This document shows, one piece after another, positions 12,686 through 24,699 of a stretch of DNA of 64,000 nt. The translations under genes were made by a program, and so were the position numbers. The stretch comes from Mobula hypostoma (Eukaryota): NCBI RefSeq assembly GCF_963921235.1, contig NC_086097.1:249614001-249678000 (forward strand). Reading direction: 5' to 3'. The notes under the pieces were generated by a model that saw only the letters and a program-made list of their open reading frames with translations, searched no databases and had not been told where the DNA came from. Positions within the stretch are counted from its first letter, which is position 1. Every line of letters begins with the position of its first letter.

Positions 12686-12999
12686 GTACCTCTTCCTAGA
12701 GATGCTGCCTGGCCTGCTGTGTTCACCAGCAACTGTGATGTGTGTTGCTTGAATTTCCAGCATCTGCAGAATTCCTCGTGTTTGCGAGATTCAAAAAGAG
12801 TTACTTCCCCAAGTAGTAAGACTGATCAACACCCCCACCCACAAACCCACTACTGCACACACCCCCAGCACCACTATTTTATCATTTCCTGTCAGAACAT
12901 TCCTATGCCTAGCATATCAATGTATATAAGTTTACTTATGTATTGATATTTATTGTGTTTTTTTGAGCTGCATTTATTTTGTTCTCTGTTACACTTGTA

Positions 13000-13290
13000 C
13001 TGAATTTATTTATTTATTGAGATACAGCACAGAACAAGTCCTTCTGGGCATTTGAGCCAAGCCTCCCAGCAACCCCCCATTTAATCCTAGCCTAATCATG
13101 GGACAGTTGACAAGGACCAATTAAGCTACCAACTAGTAGGTCTTTGGATTGTGGGAGGAAACCAGAGCACCTGTAGGAAACCCAAGTGGTCACGAGGAGA
13201 ACATACAAACAGGCAGCAGGGGGAATCGAATCTGTGTCACTGGCACTGTAAGGCATTGTGCTAGCCAGTACGCTACCACACCACCCCAAC
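13000..13290 (-). mobile_element. tRNA-derived V-domain SINE (HE1-like)
   Basis: Reverse complement of the V-domain gggtttcct...tgctctggtttcctcccac with an (AATA)n tail. Confidence 0.75.
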
Positions 13291-13618
13291 TGGCATTAAA
13301 CAATCTGGAATCTCAAATCATGGTTTGCTTACAAAGATTAAGCAGACTACCAGCTTTTTCCTGATCAGAAGAATGAAAGGCAATCCGTTTAAAACATACA
13401 AAATTCATTTAGGTTTGACAGGAGAGATGCAATGATATTTTTTTTCCCTCTGCTGGAAGAAAAACAAATTAAGTGTGAGCCATCCAGGGTTGAGATTATA
13501 TATTTTTTAATTACTTATTTCGAGGTATGGTATGGAACCCGCACAAAGAACCGCGCCATCCAGCAACCCACCATTTAACCTTAGCCTAACCACAGGACAA
13601 TATACAATAACCTACTAA

Positions 13619-13981
13619 TCACACACATAAAAGTTGCTGGTGAACGCAGCAGGCCAGGCAGCGTCTATAGGAAGAGGTACAGTCGACATTTCGGGCCGAG
13701 ACCCTTCATCAGGACTAACTGAAGGAAGAGCTAGTAAGAGATTTGAAAGTGGGAGGGGGAGGGGGAGATCCAAAATGATAGGAGAAGACAGGAGGGGGAG
13801 GGATGGAGCCAAGAGCTGGACAGGTGATTGGCAAAAGGGATATGAGACGATCATGGGACAGGAGGCCCAGGGAGAAAGAAAAGGGGAAGGGTGAAGCCCA
13901 GAGGATGGGCAAGGAGTATAGTCAGAGGGACAGAGGGAGAAAAAGGAGAGAGAGAGAAAAGAAGAATACATATATATACAT

Positions 13982-14033
<52 letters not shown>

Positions 14034-14858
14034 CGGATAGGGTACAAGGGGGAGGTGGGGCTTTAGCGGAAGTTAGAGAAGTCGATGTTCATGCCATCAG
14101 GTTGGAGGCTACCCAGACGGAATATAAGGTGTTGTTCCTCCAACCTGAGTGTGGCTTCATCTTTACAGTAGAGGAGGCCGTGGATAGATATATCAGAATG
14201 GGAATGGGACGTGGAATTAAAATGTGTGGCCACTGAGAGGTCCGGCTTTCTCTGGCAGACAGAGCGTAGGTGTTCAGCAAAATGGTCTCCCAGTCTGCGC
14301 CAGGTCTCGCCAATGTATAGAAGGCCACATCGGGAGCACCGGATGCTGTATGTCACCCCAGCCGACTCACAGGTGAAGTGTCGCCTCACCTGGAAGGACC
14401 GTCTGGGGCCCTAAACGGTAATGAGGGAGGAAGTGTAAGGGCATGTGTAGCGCTTGTTCCACTTACAAGGATAAGTGCCGGGAGGGAGATCGGTGGGGAC
14501 GAATGGACAAGGGAGTCGCGTAGGGAGCGATCCCTGTGGAAAGCAGAGGTGGGGAGGGAAAGATGTGCTTAGTAGTGGGATCCCGTTGGAGGTGGCGGAA
14601 GTTACGTTGAATTACATGTTGGACCCAGAGGCTGGTGGAGTGGTAGGTGAGGACCAGGGGAACCCTATTCCTAGTCGGGTGGCGGGAGGATGGGGTGAGA
14701 GCAGATGTGCGTGAAATGGGAGAGATGCGTTTGAGAGCACAGTTGATGGTGGAGGAAGGGAAGCCCCTCTTCCTAGAGATGCTGCCCGGTCTGCTGCGTT
14801 CACCAGCAACTTTTATGTGTGTTGCTTGAAATTCCAGCATCTGCAGATTTCCTCGTGT
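13619..14858 (-). mobile_element. Penelope-like element (pLTR and GIY-YIG) with a short inverted pLTR, inserted in a V-SINE
   Basis: ORF 14063..14389 has YSIRCSRCGLLYIGET...EEQHLIFRLGSLQPDGMN. Inverted pLTR at 14766-14858. 11-bp TSD taacctactaa (13608-13618 and 14859-14869). Confidence 0.93.
13681..13716 (-). ncRNA. Minimal hammerhead ribozyme motif in a Penelope pLTR
   Basis: Minus strand AGTC-CTGATGA-A-GGG-TCTCGG-CCC-GAAA-TGTC-GACT, retaining a GUC cleavage triplet. Confidence 0.75.
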
Positions 14859-15226
14859 TAACCTACTAACCAGTGCATTTTTGGACTATGAAAGGAAACC
14901 CATGCAGCCATGGGGAGAAAGTACAAACTCCCCGAGTCAGCGCTGGAATTTAATTCCGAACTCCAACATCCTGAATTGTAATAGCATTATTTATTATCCA
15001 TAGGAGTTGGAATAGTTTTTCACCAAGGCTGGTGAGTCTTTGGAATTCTCCACTCAAAAGAGTGTAGGAATTCAGTCACTGATGTCAAATATACCTTTCT
15101 TATGTGAATCAAGGGATACAAGGTTAGAGTAGAAAAGTGACATTGAGATAATAAATCCGCCAATACCTTCCTGTATGAAGCCACTCAAGTGGCCAAATTA
15201 CCTGTTCCCATGTCAATGCTCTTACA

Positions 15227-17143
15227 CAGTTGCAAAAAAAAGTTTGTAAACCCTTTGCAATTACCTAGTTTTCTTCATTAATTCCTCAAAATGTGTTCCG
15301 ATCTTCATCTAAGTCACAATAATAGACAATCACAAACCACCTAAATTAGTAGCACACAGACAATTGTACTTTTCATATCTTTAATGAACATATTGTTTCA
15401 TCATTCACGGTCCAGAAAAAAATTTGTGAACCTTTATTTTTAATAACCAGTAGAACCTGATAGAGGTGTATAAGATGATGAGGGGCACTGATCATGTGGA
15501 TAGTCAGAAGCTTTCTCCCAGGGCTGAAATGGCTTACGAGAGGGCAGAGTTTTAAGGTGCTAGGAAGTAGGTACACAGGAGATGTCAGGGGTTAAGTAGT
15601 TGTTGTTGTTGTTGTTGTTGTATTTACGCAGAGAGTGGTGAGTGCCTGGAATGGGCTGCCGGCAACTGTGGTGGAGGCAGATACAATAGGGTCTTTTAAG
15701 AGACTCCTGTATTGGGTGCATGGAGCTTAGAAAAACAGAGGGCTATGGGTAACCCTGGGTAATTTCTAAAGTATGTTCATGTTGGGCACAGCATTGTGCT
15801 GTGGGTCTTCTGTATAACCTCCTTTAGCAGCAATAACCTCTATCTATCAAAGATTTCCTGAAGCTGCTGATCAGACTTGTACAATGGTGAGGAGGAATTT
15901 TAGACCATTCCTCCATGCAAAAATCTTTCAGTTCATCAGTATTTCTGGGATACCTTGCATGAACAGCCCTCTTGAGGTCTTGCTACAGCATCTCAATTGG
16001 GTTAAGGTCTGGACTCTGACTTGGCCATTCCAAAACACAAAGTTTCTTCTTTTTAAACCATTCTGTTGTTGATTTACCCTTGTGTTTCAGATCGTCTTGT
16101 TGCATCATCCAACTTCTAATAAGCTTCAGGTGATTGAGGCCTACGCAGACATTCTCCTGTAAAATGTCTTGATACAATTTTGAATTCATTTTTTCCTCAA
16201 TGATTGCAAGCTGTTCAGGCCAAGGTAGCAAAGCAGCTCCAAACCAAGATGCTCCTTCCACCATGCTTCACAATTGGGATGAGGCTTTGGTGTTGGTGTG
16301 CAGTGCCCTTTTCCCTCCGAACATTGCGTGTACATTTCTGCCAAAAAGTTCAACTTTTGTCTCATCTGTCCAAAAAAACATTGTCCCAGGAGCATTGTGG
16401 AACATCCAGGAGTTCTTTTGCAAACTTGAGACGTGCAGCAATTTTTTTTTTGGAGAGCAGTTGTTTCTTCCATTGTGTCCTTCCATGAACATCATCCTTG
16501 TTCAGTGGACACATCAACAGAACTTTAGCAAGTTCTGGACATTTTAGCAAGTCTTTTGCTGTTACCCTTGGGTCCTTTTTCACCTCCTTCAACATTGCAT
16601 GTTGTGCTCTTGGTGTGATCTTTGCAGTACTGAATTTCCTCCATTTGTAGACAATTTCTCTTACTGTGGACTGATGAACACGCAGGCCTTTAGAAATGGT
16701 TATGCAGCCTTTTCCAGCTTCATGCAGCTCTACAATTCTTCTCCTAAGGTCCCCTGAAAGTTGTTTTAATCGAGGCATGGTGCACATAAACAAATCTTTC
16801 TTGAGAAGAACGGGCTCTGTCAGGAACCTGAATTTGTGTGTCTTTTTTATAGAATAGTGCATCTCTACAACCCACACCTCCAATCTTAACTCACTGATTG
16901 GAACACCTGACTCCAAATAGCTTTTGTCGAAGGCATTACCCCACATATTCTGAACCTAGATTGTGATTGTTTAAATGGTGTACTCAGTGTTGATAGGAAC
17001 CACAATTGTCTGTTTTATTAGTTTGGCCAAATTGTGTTTGGTTATTACTGAGTCTTAAATAAAAATCAGACCACATTTTATGAGTAATTAATGCAGAAAA
17101 AACAGATAACTGCAAGGAGTTAACAAACATTTTCTTGCAACTG
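15227..17143 (-). mobile_element. Tc1 DNA transposon (second family), interrupted by a CR1 3' fragment at ~15458-15812
   Basis: TIRs cagttgcaaaaaaaagtttg / ttttcttgcaactg-TA. Peptides LSGDLRRRIVELHEAGKG, FWTDETKVELFG and WPSQSPDLNPIEML. Confidence 0.92.
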
Positions 17144-17679
17144 TAACTACGACACAAGAATACTTCTTACCCATGAATGGATCAAAAATAGATCAGCCAT
17201 GACGAAATGGTGGAGCAGATTTGATGGATCAAATGGCCCAATTCTGCTCCTGAATCTTATCGTCTTATCAGAGCAAGATATTCAAACAAGTATTGAAAGA
17301 TATGAAACCATTGATAGGGATGACAGTCTTGTTATCAGGAGCGACGGAAGATGCAACTATACTTCATGAAACAATCTGATCATGAAGTTTGCAGGGAGTA
17401 AATGGAAATTGGCAGAAGGGTCAAAACTGAAGGACAAAGAATGGAGGTGTAGTAAGAATGTATAACCCATGTTGAACCAAAAAAATGACCAATGTTGACT
17501 GAAATTGCTATCCCAAGGTCCCAGTGTCAGAGCTGAGCATTTAAAAGAGACTGAACTGAAAAGAAATCCTTCGGTATCTGTTAGTTTAAAAAGCCAATTT
17601 TTCGGCTGGACTTGCATGCCGTGACAATGCCACCAAAGCAAAAACCTACTGTTTAAAATAACAAGGAACTTCAGAGAGG

Positions 17680-18145
17680 GTGCAGAGGACATTACCAGGA
17701 TGCTGCCCGGGTTGGAGAGCTTGTCTTACGAAGAAAGTCTAAGCAAGCTGGGGAGTTTCTCTTTGGAGCGAAGGAGAATGGAAGGTGATTTGATAGATGT
17801 GTACATGATAGTAAGAGGAACAAATAGAGTGGGCAACCAGAGACTTTTTTCCAGGGCAGAAGTGGGTTAAAAAAAGAGGCATAATTTTAAGGCGATTGGA
17901 GGAAAGTATGGGGGAAATGTCAGGGCTGAGTTTTATTCTACATGGAGAGTGGTGGGTACGTGGAATGGGCTATCAGGGCTGAGTTAGAGGCAGGTACATT
18001 TAGTGAATTTAAAAGACTCATGGATGATAGAAGATAAAGGAGGGCTTTGTTGGAGGAAAGATAGATAAATCCTTAGAGCAGGTAAATGGGTCAGCACAAC
18101 ATTGTGGGCTGAAGGGCCTATACTTTTCCATGTTCCATGCTCTGT
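17680..18145 (+). mobile_element. CR1 3' fragment
   Basis: RVQRTLPGCCP-like region followed by a typical CR1 3'UTR (gggctgaagggcct...tgttccatg). Confidence 0.8.
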
Positions 18146-18519
18146 CTTCAGTTTCTAGCTTTGTGCTTATCGAGTGTTTGCATGTTGAAACAAACAAGTT
18201 TTAGACCGTTGACTCAAAATAAAACTTTTATCCACCTAAGTAACTTCGTTGTCTTAACGGGAGCATATCAAACTTCTCACAATGGACAAATAGAAAGGAG
18301 GTCATAGAATATAAAAAATGTGTTAAATTAAGTTATTGCAAGGGTGATTTTCGGATTATAAAAGTGTTTATTGAGAAAGAAGCAGCTACAATTAAAAGTT
18401 AAAGTGTTGTAAGGGACATCTTACAAAGTCAGGGGGAGAACAACCTGACTGGTGGGCATGATATGTTTTATCTACAGATATATCATATCTACAGATGTAT
18501 CGTAGTGAACATTATCTGT

Positions 18520-18747
18520 ATAGTGGTGAATCTGTGGAATTCTTTGCCACAAGCAGCTGTGGAGGCCAACTCTATGTATATTCAAGGCAGAATTTGATAG
18601 TTTCTTGATTGATCAGGGCATGAAGGGATACGGAGAGAAGGCAGGAGGTTGGGGCTGAGAGGAATATTGGATCAGTCACGATGAAATGCCAGAGCAGACT
18701 CGATGGGTCAAATAGCCTAATTCTGCTCCCACATCTTATGGTCTTAT
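18520..18747 (+). mobile_element. CR1 3' tail fragment
   Basis: gtggtgaatctgtggaattctttgccac...ttctgctcccacatcttatggtcttat. Confidence 0.8.
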
Positions 18748-20214
18748 ATCCAGTGTTAGAAAATCAATTATATTAAAAGTGCAGCTTGCAACACAACAGC
18801 AAACAGGGTGGGATGGACCACCAGTTGCATTCAAAGGTTAAAGCAAGGGTCCTGTTAGACTGCAAGAATTTGTAATATTTTATCTCAAACCTTCAGGAAT
18901 TTCATGTATTATCATGTGTAATACTTTTATTATGTGTTTGTGTCATTTGGTCAAGTTTTAGTGAACTGTTTGAGAGTTAAGAGCAGTATTGCTCTGTGAA
19001 GCTCGTCTGATTTTATCCCCCATGAGGAGTTCAGAGCAAACTTGAGATGAAAAGAGCTGCAGGAGACCTAGGAGGTGATGGGCAAAACTCAAATGTGAAA
19101 AACAACATAACAAATAATATTCATCATGGTTAGAACATCGAACATAGAATAGTACAGCACAGTACAGGCCCTTCGGCCCACAATGTTAGGATTTTAAATA
19201 TTCTGCAGAAAGTTTTGTTGACGCAGATTCAGTCCCAATGCTTGAAGAGAAGCAAGTACATGAAAAACACATTTTGCAGGACTGTGGGAGGAGGACAAGT
19301 GTGTGTTAAGTGGGCAGCACAGCAGTGAGCAGTATAAAACATAAACAAAGTGAGCCACAAAAACAAATTTCACAATATGTGCCAGTAATATTAAACCTGA
19401 TTCTCAACTTAAGTGTCAATTGGTTTAATGTGATAAACAGTAAGATGTACTATCAACATCCAATTTTCTTCTTTGGTCATAACCAAGAAGCAGGAAGCTA
19501 AGTTGCACTTTTATCATAAACAGACAACTACCTCAACTAAAAAACATTAGAAAGTTGAAGGTAGCTATCTGAACTAACAAAACATCAACACCAAAAGAGA
19601 TAATGGAGCATTTAGCAATTCACTAATCCATTGTTATTTGGAACAGAGAAAAGACAATTAACGGAGACTTCAATTCGCTTTGCATAATGGCAAAAAAAGA
19701 GTGAGAGAGAAAAAAATCTGTATGCCCAATTCCACTAATTTCCAAGTTAATGCACAGAAGAAAAAGCCCAAGTGACAAGTTAGCTATTATCACAAGGAGA
19801 CTGGAAACTGAGGAAGCTTGCTTCAGTTATTAGAGATTTCTGGGCACCACACTCAAGGGACAAAATATTGCTCTTAGTGGAAGAACAGCACAAATTCACC
19901 AGGGCTGACTTGAATAACAAGGACAGGTTTAAATTTAATGTACTAACTTGAACGTAGCTGGTTAAGTGGGGATTTAATTTCAAATGCCAGCAGGATTTGA
20001 CAGATATAGAGAAACTATTCCACAGCATGACCGTGTAATCTTAAAAGAAATCTGTATTTCTCAGCGTAAATTGTGGCAGTTTTCATCCTCAGAGCTTGTG
20101 CCAGGAATGGATTTTAAAGGCCACTGATTTCAAAAGTAATTATCATCAGGCCACAAAAAAATGGAACTTGCCGTATTTTTATTATTAATGATTGATTTTA
20201 TAGCTTTTTTCAAA

Positions 20215-20612
20215 AAAAGATTAAGCAAGGTAACAGGTCCTTCTGCCCCAACGAGCCTGCGCTGCCCAATTACACTGATGTGACCAATTTTCCCACGACT
20301 GTCTGTAAGCAGTTTGTACGTTCTCCCCGTGGAATGCGTGGGTTTCCTCCGGGTAAGTTGTCCCATGATTAGGCTGGGGTTAAATCAGGGATTGCTGGCC
20401 AGAGCCACTCGAAGGGCTGGAAGAGCCTGTTCCGCACTGTATCCCAACAAATAAAAAAACTAAGCCGCAGTCCTTGGAACTGGGAGGAAGCTGGAGCACC
20501 CAGTGGAAACCTACATGGTCACAGGGAGAACGTACAAACTCCTTACGGACTGCAGCAAGATTGAATCTGGCTTGCTAGCACTGTGATAGTATTACGCTAA
20601 CTGCTACGCTAC
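20215..20612. mobile_element. Cluster of V-domain SINE fragments in both orientations
   Basis: ttctccccgtggaatgcgtgggtttcctccggg and reverse-complement copies. Confidence 0.7.
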
Positions 20613-20624
20613 TGTTCTTAATTA

Positions 20625-21100
20625 GATTATTAAATTCACACAATCCTCTTTTATTGTCATTTAGTAATGCATGCATTAAGAAATGATACAATATTTCTTC
20701 CGGTGTGATATCACAAAACGCAGGACAGACCAAGACTGAAAAAAACTAACAAAACCACATAATTATAACATATAGTTACAACAGTGCAACAATACCATAA
20801 CTTGATGAAGAAGTCCATCAGCACAGTAAAAAGTTCAAAGTCTCTCAAATGTCCCACATCTCACGCAGACGGGAGAAGGAAGAAAAACTCTCCCTGCCAT
20901 GCCTGACCACAGTCCAACTCTGAGTCGTCCGAAAACTTTGAGCCTCCGATCAGCTCTCCGACACCGATTACTGAGCGCCATCTCTATCCGAACGATTCGA
21001 CCTCAATCTGAGTCACCAACAGCAGGCAAAGCGGGGGATTTTGAGGCCTTCCCTCCGAAAGATTCCCGATCGCGCAGTAACAACAGCAGCGAATTATTGA
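20625..21100 (-). mobile_element. Unclassified non-autonomous retroelement with a Rex1-like tail
   Basis: 10-bp TSD ttcttaatta (20615-20624 and 21101-21110). Minus-strand tail aaatgacaataaaagaggattg. CpG-rich non-coding body. Confidence 0.6.
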
Positions 21101-21740
21101 TTCTTAATTAATATTTTCTAACATTGTAGCTTTACTTTCTTTAATTTGATAATGTTTACTTTATTTGTTTAGAGATACAGCACAGAACAGACCCACCAAA
21201 CCGCACTACGCAGCAACCCATCAATTTAACCCAAGCCTAATCACAGGACCATTTACGTTTGTACAATGACCAATTAACCTTCAAACTGGTCCTTCCCCAC
21301 TGATCGCCTTCCTGGTACTTATCCTTGCAACAAGTGCCACACCAATGCCCTCACTGCCAGCCAGGGCCCCAAACAGTTCTTCCAGGCTGCTACGCTACCA
21401 CGGCGTCCCAGTTTGCAAAAAAAACTTCTTTTTCTGAATCCCACATATTCAGAAGGAAATCCTTGACAGTATTAGCAAACAACAAGGATGGGGGTTCGCC
21501 AGCTGTCAAAGGGATTTGTGAGTAGGGCTTACCCACACCTCACAAAATCAAAATGCAGTAAATTTAAGTAAATGAAATTGAACAGTAGATCAGTCATAAT
21601 TCAACAGTAGGACAGACTCAGAGTGCCAAAGGTTCTGACATTCTTGTGTGCAAGTGCCTCGAGAATTTTCAGAAATATTATAAGCATATCAATTCATATA
21701 ACTTCAGCTTGGTATACTATTTAAACTCAGAGCATACTAT

Positions 21741-22060
21741 AAACACAAGAAAGTCTGCAGATGCCGGAAATCCAATGCAACACACAAAATGCTGGATGAA
21801 CTCAGCAGGTCAGACAGCGTCTATGGAAAAGAAAAGATAGTCTTCCTTTTGGACCCGAGACCCTTCTTCAGGACTGAGAAGAAAGTTGGAAGATGCCAGA
21901 ATAAAAAGGTGGGGAGTTGAGAAGAAGGTGATAGGTGAAGCCAGGTGGGTGAGGAAGGTTAAGGGCTGAAGAAGAAATATGATAGGAGAGGAGAGTGGAC
22001 CATGGGAGAAAGGGACGTGGGGGGGGGTGGGGAGTTATGGGCAGATGAGAAGAGGAAAGG
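21741..22060 (-). mobile_element. Penelope pLTR fragment with a degenerate hammerhead
   Basis: cacacaaaatgctggatgaactcagcagg...; minus strand cagtcctgaagaagggtctcgggtcc. Confidence 0.8.
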
Positions 22061-22814
22061 AATCAAATTATATGAATCTACATAAAGACACTGTGAAGAA
22101 GGATTTCGGCAAAAAGGGGATTTCAAATATTGCATACTTCAAAAGTATAACATTCAAATGCAGAGTTTAAGACATTCACTAGATAAATGCTTGGTCAATC
22201 CTCTACCTGCACGCTGATACCCACTGTTGCCCTTAGAATCAGATTCAGATTTATTAATCACATCAAAACATGCAGTGAAAAGTGTTGTTTATGCTAACAA
22301 AAACATGACCGGGATGTGCTGGGGCAGCCCACAATTGTCACCACACATTCTGGCACCAACATAGCATGGCCACAATGCTCGAGAGAGCAACACAGAACAC
22401 ACACTGTGAGACTCTGCAATGTTAAAAATGTTAATTAATGGAAAACTTTAGATCACTAAGTATTAGCTTTTCACTTTCCTCTGTGGATTTAGTTGTATGG
22501 TAAACAGAAATTAAAACAAAAATGTCTCTGCCAATTCTGTGATTCGAACCGTTCCCACATGAAGGGGCATAAACAAATTCTGGTTGTGACCAGGCAAAAC
22601 CACAGAAGTGTTACAAACTCAGAAAAGAGGACACTTGGCAAATAATAATCAAACACGAACATTTCAAAAACAAAACTGTCTCATCCCCAGCCAATCTTCC
22701 CTCACGAGAGAATCATTTTGTTTGCATATCTCAAAAGTACATCAAGCCAATACTTGCTATGAACTTCTCCTTTAGGGACACAAATACCAATTCACAGCAG
22801 CATTACAAAATTAT

Positions 22815-23190
22815 TAAAGTACTGCACAGGAACAGGCCCTTTGGCCCATCTAGTCCATGCTGAACCATTTAAACTGCCTACTCCCAGTGACCTGCACCAA
22901 CTCCACAGCCCTCCATATCCCTACTATCCATATACCTATTCAAACTTCTCTTAAACATTAAAATTGAGTTTGCATGGGCGACTTGCTCTGACAATTCATT
23001 CCACACTCTCACGACCCACTGAGTGAAGTTTCCCCTTATGTTCCACTTAAACTTTTCACCTTTCACCCTTAACCCATAACCTCTAGTTGCAGTCCCACCC
23101 AACCTCATTGGAAAAGGCCTGCTTGCACTTATCCTATCTATACCCTTCATAATTTTCTATACCGCTATCAAATCTCATTCAGTCTTCTAT
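22815..23190 (-). mobile_element. CR1 3' fragment
   Basis: ORF 22878..23150 MKGIDR...RVVRVWNEL-like...FKRSLNRYM. Confidence 0.85.
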
Positions 23191-23224
23191 GTTCCAAAGA
23201 TTAAGTTTGCAGTATCTTATAATA

Positions 23225-23478
23225 AATCTGCCATGGACAGTCCCAAGCCCAACTGTGAAAGGAGGATGGGGCATGGGGCCAGCAACCCCATTCCTTAATG
23301 CCCAGTGCTACAGAAACTCCCAAGACCCCAAACCTGTGGGAGGAAGGATCTTCACCCTGAAGACATATGATGTTGTGTGGTGAAAGCAGAAGCCACAGGG
23401 CTGACCAACCTTCAGCCCAGGACAGCGATCTGCTGTTGGCAGTCTCTGCCCCAGTAGGGGTGGGCTGAAGAAGAAGGA
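23225..23478 (+). mobile_element. RTE-derived non-autonomous element (5'UTR plus 3' tail)
   Basis: gtcccaagccc...aaaggaggatggggcatggggccagcaacccc, typical of RTE 5'UTRs, ending in a (GAA)n tail. Confidence 0.55.
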
Positions 23479-23489
23479 TCTCCCACGGT

Positions 23490-24230
23490 AGCATAGCAGT
23501 TGTCCTAACTCTTCACAGTACCAGCAACCCAGGTTCAATTCCCACCACTGCCTGGAAGCAGTTTATAAGTTCTCCCTGTGACTGCGTGGGTTTCTTCCGC
23601 GTGCTCCGGTTTCATCCCATGGTCCAAAGACAGACCTATTGATAGGTTTGTTGGTCTTTGTAAATTCTCCCATGATTAGGCTAGGATTAAATCAGGGGAT
23701 TTCTGGGGTAACGTGGGGCCAGAAGGGATAAGGGAAAGAGAGGTGGAGAGGGATAGATGGATAGCCTTCCTCTATAGTTTTTCTTTAGTCAGATTGTAGC
23801 TTTAACTTCAAACCATGACTACGAGCAATCAAATAATCAAGGATTAGGCTACTCAGCCCTCCAAGCCTGCTCTGCCACACAGCGACAGGGTGCTCAGGGC
23901 TCAAGTGGTGCAGCTGGCAGAGTCACTGCCTCACAGAGCTGGAGAGCCAGGCTCACTCCTGACCTCAGGTATTGTCTGTGTACAGTTTGCACGTTCTTCC
24001 TGCGAACACAAAGGTTTCCTCCAAAATGTTCTGGTTTCCTCCTCCATGCCAAAGAAGTGCCAGTTAATTAGCCATTGCATACTGCCCCCTGGGAATATGA
24101 ACGGCAGTATAAGGGAATTGATAAATGCCAGGAGAATGGGATTAACGTATAATTAGTGTAATGGGTGGTTGAAGGTCCATGCAGATTTGATAAGCTTCAG
24201 GGCCTGTATCCATGTTGTATCTATGATTCT
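23490..24230 (+). mobile_element. Two V-domain SINE copies with intervening CR1 tail sequence
   Basis: tRNA-like heads (ggttcaattccc; ggtgcagctgg) and V-domain gcgtgggtttcttccgcgtgctccggttt. Confidence 0.7.
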
Positions 24231-24699
24231 AAAAGCTATTGATCTGATCAAATCCAATCTCAGCTCCATATCCCTGCCTGTCCCCAGGAATTGGTCACCC
24301 CTTTGCTCACAAAGAATCAATCTACCTCTGTCTTAAAAATAAGCAGATTCTGCAACACACTTCCCTCTCTTAGAGCTACAAATACTAGGCTCTCAGGGGA
24401 AAAAAAGTTGCTTCACCTTTGTCTTGCATGGGCAAGTCCTTTTAAAACAGTGAACTCTAGATACAGGTTCTCCCAGAGGAAACATCCTCCCAGCATTAAT
24501 CTTCTCAAGACAGCCCAGGACATGCGCTTCAATCAGGTCACCTTTCACTCTGTTAAACTCACACATACACAAGGCTGGCATGGTCATCTAACAACCAACC
24601 AGTTCCAGATATCATTGAGTAAACCTCTTAAACATCTTCTGAAACATTAACACACCTTTTCAAATGAAGAGAACAGTCTTGTATATTGTATAATATTAT

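Larger units (their letters stand above)
10857..12786 (+). mobile_element. Penelope-like element (5'-truncated RT, GIY-YIG endonuclease, pLTR) with inverted 5' pLTR
   Basis: Peptides AMGTR, FLRYIDD and IYCVQCSRCGLLYIGETRRRL. Inverted pLTR at 10857-11140. 12-bp TSD agattcaaaaag (10845-10856 and 12787-12798). Confidence 0.95.
8990..12990 (+). mobile_element. Rex1/Babar-like LINE 3' fragment, host of nested Tc1 and Penelope insertions
   Basis: Degenerate LYFLRK...ILTGCIIAWYGN-like region at 9030-9230 that continues at 10731-10856 and from 12799. Confidence 0.65.

Noticed and set aside
17582..17650. Minus-strand acceptor followed by GFCFGGIVTACKSSRKIGFLN-stop
   Set aside because: There is no convincing donor or upstream coding exon and I do not recognise the peptide. 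It remains a weak UTR-exon possibility.
18989..19039. Hairpin ttgctctg...cagagcaa as a SECIS or snoRNA
   Set aside because: The stem is short and irregular, with no proper SECIS quartet or H/ACA or C/D boxes.
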